Origin: Candidatus Brocadiia bacterium
Lineage (GTDB): Bacteria > Planctomycetota > Brocadiia > CAIUPP01
DNA length: 64,000 bases
Direction: 5' to 3'
Assembly (NCBI GenBank): GCA_050015075.1
Contig: JBEKCB010000004.1
Span: 128,001-192,000, forward strand
Position 1 is the first letter of the stretch; each line of letters begins with the position of its first letter. Made by a program: the position numbers and the translations under genes. This document shows, one piece after another, positions 59,295 to 64,000 of this stretch. The notes under the pieces are model-generated. The model did not search any database, had not been told where the DNA came from, and was given only the letters and a program-made list of their open reading frames with translations.

Positions 59295-59347
59295 CGAACT
59301 CTCCGTACCGCGAAGACGCGGGACCACGAAACAAAGTCAACGGCAAC

Positions 59348-59534
59348 TTGACCGCGAAAACGCGAAAGCGCGAAAACGGCAACGGACAACGGCGTTTGAA
59401 CCACAGATGTACACAGATACGCACAGATACGAATTCTTTGACTGCGTGCATCTGTGTTCATCTGTGTCCATCTGTGGTTTAAATTCTTCCGTGTTTTAAA
59501 TTCTTCTTTCGCGTTTTCGCGTTTTCGCGGTCAA
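59348..59534. repeat. Nested inverted-repeat element, copy 4 (third degenerate arm pair extends to about 59317-59575)
   Basis: Right half near-identical to copy 3. Inner loop reversed. Confidence 0.93.
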
Positions 59535-59590
59535 ACAATCCGTAGTTGCCGTTTTGGTTTTTTCGCGGTCCGCGGCCCGCGATCTACTCG

Positions 59591-59642
59591 ATTCTATATG
59601 TCCATCAAGACAATTGCAACGCATGCGGCCGGACGCTATGAT
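59591..59642. promoter_or_regulatory. Divergent promoters sharing a palindromic -35 (TTGCAA)
   Basis: TTGCAA at 59614-59619. Plus strand N17-TATGAT, minus strand N17-TAGAAT. Confidence 0.6.
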
Positions 59643-59735
59643 AAGCGGCGTGCGGCGGTGAAATGGAGACCCGATCGAGTCCTCGAGCGCGACCGCCGCC
59701 GCTTCGGGACCAATGCCAGATTCGGAAGCCAGCTT

Positions 59736-61313
59736 ATGCCCAGAGTCCTGGTCGCGGATTCGCTGTCGGATGTCTGCATCGCGATCCTGCGCGATGCCGG
59801 ATTGGACGTGGATGTCAACACCGGCCGGAGCGAGGAGGAACTCATCCGGCTCATTTCCGCCTACGACGCGATGGTGGTCCGCAGCGCGACGAAGGTGACC
59901 GCGCGCATCCTCGAGGCGGCCGACCGCCTGAAGGTGGTGGGCCGCGCGGGCGTCGGCGTGGACAACGTGGACGTGCCGGCGGCGTCGCACAAGGGCGTGG
60001 TGGTGATGAACACGCCGCTGGGGAACATCACCAGCGCCGCGGAGCACGCCGTGGCGATGCTGCTGGCGCTGGCCCGCAATGTCGCGCCCGCGGACGCCTC
60101 GATGAAGCGCGGCGAGTGGGAGAAGAAGAAATTCACCGGCGTGGAACTCGCCGAGAAAACGCTCGGCGTGGTCGGCATGGGCAAGGTCGGCCAGATCGTC
60201 GCGCGCGCCGCGATCGGGCTGGGGATGAGCGTCTGCGCGTACGACCCGTTCCTGCCGGAGCGCCGCGCGAAGGAACTCGGCGTCGAGCTGGTCGAACTCG
60301 ACGCGCTGCTGGAGCGGTCGGACTTCGTCACGATCCACACGCCGCTGACCGACAAGACCCGCGGCCTGATCGGCGCGGCCGCGCTGGCGAAAATGAAACC
60401 CTCCAGCCGCCTGGTCAACTGCGCGCGCGGCGGGATTGTGGACGAGGCGGCGCTCGTCGAGGCGCTCAACCACGGCCGGCTGGCCGGCGCCGCGCTCGAC
60501 GTGTTCGACGCGGAGCCGCTCCCGGCCGACAGCCCGCTGCGCTCGGCGCGGAACATCATCCTCACGCCGCACCTCGGCGCCAGCACCGAAGAGGCGCAGA
60601 TCAAGGTCGCCGAGGCGATCGCGCGCCAGATCGGCGCGTTCTTCAAGGAAGGTAAAATCCAGCACGCGGTCAACCTCAGTGTGACGCTCACGCCGGAACT
60701 GGAGCCGTTCGCGAAGCTTTCCGAGACGCTCGGCCGGCTCCTCTCGCAGATCCTCTCCGGTCCGCCGCAGAGCCTGACCTGCTCGGCGCGCGGCCGCATC
60801 GCTCAGGGCGACACGCACGCGCTGGCGGTCTTCGCCCTGCAGGGCCTGCTCTCGCACTGGCGCGAACAGTCGGTCAACCTCGTCAACGCGCCGCTCGTCG
60901 CCGAGGAGCGCGGCATGGCGGTGACGGAGGAAAAATCGCTCGAATCGCCCGATTTCGCCAGCATGGTCCGGCTCGAGGTCAACGGTCCGCGCGCCGCGCA
61001 TAGCGCCGCCGGCACGGTCTTCGAGGGGCGCGAGCCGCGGATCATCTCCATTGACGGATTCACCGTTGACCTCAAGCCCGAAGGGACCGTGCTCGTGATG
61101 TTCTACCCGGACCGGCCGGGCATGGTCGGCAAGTTCGGCACGATCCTGGGCAACGCGGGGATCAACATCGCCGGGATGGACGTGGGCCGCCGGGAACGGC
61201 GCGGTCGCGCGTGCGTGGCGCTTTCGGTGGACGACCCGGTCCCGCGGCCTGTGCTCGAGCAGATCCGCACCTGCACCGGCCCCGATGGCGAGGCGCACCT
61301 CGTCGAATTGTAG
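59736..61313 (+). CDS. serA: D-3-phosphoglycerate dehydrogenase
   Basis: VRSATKV, GRAGVGVDNVD, NCARGG, TPHLGAST.EAQ, plus ASB and ACT (DRPG) domains. Confidence 0.96.
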   Translation: MPRVLVADSLSDVCIAILRDAGLDVDVNTGRSEEELIRLISAYDAMVVRSATKVTARILEAADRLKVVGRAGVGVDNVDVPAASHKGVVVMNTPLGNITSAAEHAVAMLLALARNVAPADASMKRGEWEKKKFTGVELAEKTLGVVGMGKVGQIVARAAIGLGMSVCAYDPFLPERRAKELGVELVELDALLERSDFVTIHTPLTDKTRGLIGAAALAKMKPSSRLVNCARGGIVDEAALVEALNHGRLAGAALDVFDAEPLPADSPLRSARNIILTPHLGASTEEAQIKVAEAIARQIGAFFKEGKIQHAVNLSVTLTPELEPFAKLSETLGRLLSQILSGPPQSLTCSARGRIAQGDTHALAVFALQGLLSHWREQSVNLVNAPLVAEERGMAVTEEKSLESPDFASMVRLEVNGPRAAHSAAGTVFEGREPRIISIDGFTVDLKPEGTVLVMFYPDRPGMVGKFGTILGNAGINIAGMDVGRRERRGRACVALSVDDPVPRPVLEQIRTCTGPDGEAHLVEL

Positions 61314-61340
61314 ATTGTTCATTCTTTCTGCAATTGTGAG

Positions 61341-61368
61341 TTGACGGAAGCGCCGGCTTCTGTATAAT
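61341..61368 (+). promoter_or_regulatory. sigma70 promoter of the two-component genes
   Basis: TTGACG-N16-TATAAT. Confidence 0.55.
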
Positions 61369-61420
61369 CGCTTGCGTGCGGCGTCGGCGGCCGCTCAGGA
61401 CACGAAGGGAGGAGTCGCGA

Positions 61421-61855
61421 ATGGCCCAGGAAAAGACGATCCTCATCGTGGATGATGACCCGGACATCGTGGAGTCCACGCGCGTGGTGCTGGAGTCGGC
61501 GGGTTACCGAGTGATGAGCGCGTCGAACGGCACCGAGGCGACCGCCCGCATCGAGCGGGAGATCCCGGACCTGATCCTGCTCGACATCATGATGGCCGAA
61601 CCGACCGAGGGCTTCCACCTCGGCTACAAGCTCCGCGAGGACCCCGTCTACGCTCACATCCCGATCATCATCGTCAGCGGCATCAGCGAGAAGACCGGCT
61701 TCGACTTCTCGAAAGAGAAGGAAACCGATTATATCAAGGCGGACGAGTTCCTGGACAAGCCGGTCAGCCCGCAGACGCTCCTGAGCAAGGTCGCCACCCT
61801 CCTGGAGCGGAAGCCGCGCCGCGCCGCGTCCGACGGGCAAGCCCGCGCGAAATGA
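61421..61855 (+). CDS. Single-domain response regulator
   Basis: ILIVDDD, LLDIMM, KP. GGAGGAG RBS. Confidence 0.92.
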   Translation: MAQEKTILIVDDDPDIVESTRVVLESAGYRVMSASNGTEATARIEREIPDLILLDIMMAEPTEGFHLGYKLREDPVYAHIPIIIVSGISEKTGFDFSKEKETDYIKADEFLDKPVSPQTLLSKVATLLERKPRRAASDGQARAK

Positions 61856-61864
61856 GGCCGCCCC

Positions 61865-63223
61865 GTGCCGGCGCAGCGAATGGCGGAGACGGCGTTGCTG
61901 GCGCGATGCCACTGGCTGCTGAAAGCCCGGTGGGTGTTTGTGGCGGCGCTCGCCGGAGCGCTGGCGTTGAGCGACGGCGGGCTGAACTGGCAACGGCACA
62001 CGGCGCCGCTGTGGGCCGTCGCGGCGTTCATCGCGCTCTACAACGCGGGGTTCACGGCGGTCGAGCGACGGCCGAAGTTCTGCGTCATCGGCGAAAGGCG
62101 AGGCGTCGGAGAGCGCATCGCGGCCTTCGTCTTCGTTCAGATGGCGCTCGACGCGATAGCGCTGACGGTGCTGCTGGGCTATTCGGGCGGCATCGGGAAC
62201 CCGATTGCGTTCTTTTACATTTTTCACGTCGCGCTCGCCGGCATCCTGTTGAGCCGGCGGTTGTGCTACGCGCTGGCGTCGCTGGCGACCGCGCTGGTCG
62301 TGGCAGTCGCAATCGCGCCGCTGAATTACGGCTTCCTGAGCGGCGTCATCCAGGATGCCGGAGTGCGCCGGCCGGAGTGGCCGTTCGTGGTCGCGTACCT
62401 TGCGGCGTTCGCCTGCACGATGTACGTGACCGCCTACGTGACCACGTCGGTCGCGGCGGATCTGCGGAAGCGCGAGTTGGAGCTGGTGAGCACCGCCGAG
62501 GCGCTCCGCCAGACCAGCCAGAAACTGGCGGAGCTGGAGGAACGCAAGTCGCTGTTCATGATGACGGCGGCGCATCAACTCAAGAGTCCGCTGGCCGCCG
62601 TCGTGAGCCTCTTGCAGGCCGCCGGGACCGCGGGCGTTTCGCCGGAGAAGGAAAAGGAGATGATCGCGCGCGCCGTGGAGCGCGCGAACGGAGCCGTGCG
62701 GCAGGTACAGGAATTGCTGGACCTCGCCCGGCTGCGCTCGCTGGACCCGGAGCGCCAGGCGCGGAAGGTGCTGGATTTCCGCGAAGTGCTCGACGGTGTG
62801 CGCGCGACGATTGCCGCCCAGGCGGAAGGGAAGCAGGTGAAGATCGAGTTCCAGGCCCCCGACCGCGCCGCGTGGGTCGAAGGGAACCGCGATGACCTGT
62901 TCGTCGCGGTGCTGAACCTGGTGGAGAACGGCGTGAAGTATACCGAAAGCGGCGGAACGGTCAAGGCCGCGTTGAGCCCCGCGGACGGCGGATGGCAACT
63001 GGTCGTCTCCGACACCGGCATCGGCATCCCGCAGGCGGCGCTGCCGAACCTGTTCAAGGAGTTCTTCCGCGCCGGCAACGCGATCCGGCGGAAGATCGAA
63101 GGGACCGGACTGGGCCTTTCCATCGTCGAGCAGATCGTCCGAATGCACGGCGGCCGCATCCGGGCGGAGTCGGAAGAGAACAAAGGATCCACTTTCACCG
63201 TTTGGCTGCCGCGCGCGCCGTGA
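61865..63223 (+). CDS. Membrane sensor histidine kinase
   Basis: About six TM helices, AHQLKSPL, NLVENGVKY, DTGIGI, GTGLGL. Confidence 0.93.
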   Translation: MPAQRMAETALLARCHWLLKARWVFVAALAGALALSDGGLNWQRHTAPLWAVAAFIALYNAGFTAVERRPKFCVIGERRGVGERIAAFVFVQMALDAIALTVLLGYSGGIGNPIAFFYIFHVALAGILLSRRLCYALASLATALVVAVAIAPLNYGFLSGVIQDAGVRRPEWPFVVAYLAAFACTMYVTAYVTTSVAADLRKRELELVSTAEALRQTSQKLAELEERKSLFMMTAAHQLKSPLAAVVSLLQAAGTAGVSPEKEKEMIARAVERANGAVRQVQELLDLARLRSLDPERQARKVLDFREVLDGVRATIAAQAEGKQVKIEFQAPDRAAWVEGNRDDLFVAVLNLVENGVKYTESGGTVKAALSPADGGWQLVVSDTGIGIPQAALPNLFKEFFRAGNAIRRKIEGTGLGLSIVEQIVRMHGGRIRAESEENKGSTFTVWLPRAP

Positions 63224-63247
63224 ACCGCGGCAAAAAGAAAACTGAGG

Positions 63248-63436
63248 ACCGCGAAAACGCGAAAACGCAAAAAAACGCTAACGTTAAAACGAGTTTGGAA
63301 CCACAGATGGACACAGATGAACACAGATGCACGCAGTTAAAAAATTCGTATCTGTGTTCATCTGTGTCCATCTGTGGTTTAGATTCTTCCGTGGTTTAGA
63401 TTTTTCTTTTTTCGCGTTTTCGCGCTTTCGCGGTCA
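63248..63436. repeat. Nested inverted-repeat element, copy 5
   Basis: Same architecture as the other four copies. Confidence 0.92.
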
Positions 63437-63471
63437 GACGGACTTTCCGTTGGGTTGGAAGGAGATAAGCG

Positions 63472-64000
63472 ATGCAGGAAAAGGTCGTCCAGAAAGAGGC
63501 GATGCCCGGCTTCCTCCAGCGATTGATCGGCACGGCCAAAACGGTCGCGCCGGTCCGGCAGCCGTCGGGCCACTATCTCTTGAAGCCGGTCGCCCGCGCG
63601 GACGAAGTGGCGCTCGATTTTCCCTTCCTCTACTACTCGGCCAAGGAATATTTCCTGCCGCCCGGCGAACCGGTGCTGCAGTTCGGCCGCCGCGAGGGAA
63701 AGGCGGTCGTCACGCCGGAGACCGACACCGAGGAGGTCATCCTCTTCGGGCTGCATCCGTGCGACTTGAACGCGATCTGGACCTGCGAGGCGTTCTTCAA
63801 TGCGGATAACAAGGACGACAACTTCCTCGCCCGCCGCCGGCACATGACCATCGTCGGGCTGGACTGCGCCAAGCCCTGCGACGAGTATGCCTTCTGCGCC
63901 GACATGAAAACCGATGTCGCCCAGGGCGGCTACGACGTGCTCCTGACCGACATCGGCGACGCGTACTTCGCGCGAGCCGCCACGGAGCGCGGAGAGAAGC
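63472..64000 (+). CDS. Sulfhydrogenase beta / AsrA-like 4Fe-4S subunit (5' part; runs off the window end)
   Basis: Manual translation after AAGGAG: MQEKVVQKE...SAKEYFLP...ILFGLHPCDL...IVGLDCAKPCDEYAFC...GYDVLLTD. Confidence 0.82.
   Translation, partial: MQEKVVQKEAMPGFLQRLIGTAKTVAPVRQPSGHYLLKPVARADEVALDFPFLYYSAKEYFLPPGEPVLQFGRREGKAVVTPETDTEEVILFGLHPCDLNAIWTCEAFFNADNKDDNFLARRRHMTIVGLDCAKPCDEYAFCADMKTDVAQGGYDVLLTDIGDAYFARAATERGEK

Noticed and set aside
55978-63436. Recurrent repeats as a CRISPR array
   Set aside because: They are dispersed inverted elements, not direct repeats with unique spacers, and there are no cas genes.

Overview
High-GC bacterial chromosomal window, probably Planctomycetota. 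This is inferred from a DUF1559/H-X9-DG-type prepilin gene and a long Zn-ribbon signal peptidase I. Housekeeping genes: rho, coaE, polA, argB/argD/argF interrupted by an mlaEFD module, rph, rdgB, ROK kinase, lepB, radA, guaA, tRNA-Thr(CGT), dat, lnt, serA. Accessory modules: a DksA plus two sigma-54 activator block with two readable -24/-12 promoters; a HydABC/Bfu-like flavin-FeS operon with no catalytic subunit; a PIN toxin with a small partner ORF missed by the ORF track; the start of a sulfhydrogenase/Asr-type operon. Two things stand out. (1) A six-gene archaeal-style mevalonate operon (mevalonate kinase, MvaD-family decarboxylase, isopentenyl phosphate kinase, archaeal HMG-CoA synthase, archaeal thiolase, DUF35) with no phosphomevalonate kinase. 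(2) A dense set of short palindromic repeat families. These include five copies of a ~160-260 bp nested inverted-repeat element whose inner loop occurs in both orientations relative to fixed outer arms, and repeats inserted in frame into, or supplying stop codons of, protein-coding genes. No transposase, integrase or CRISPR array is visible. All family assignments come from motif recognition by eye, not from database searches.
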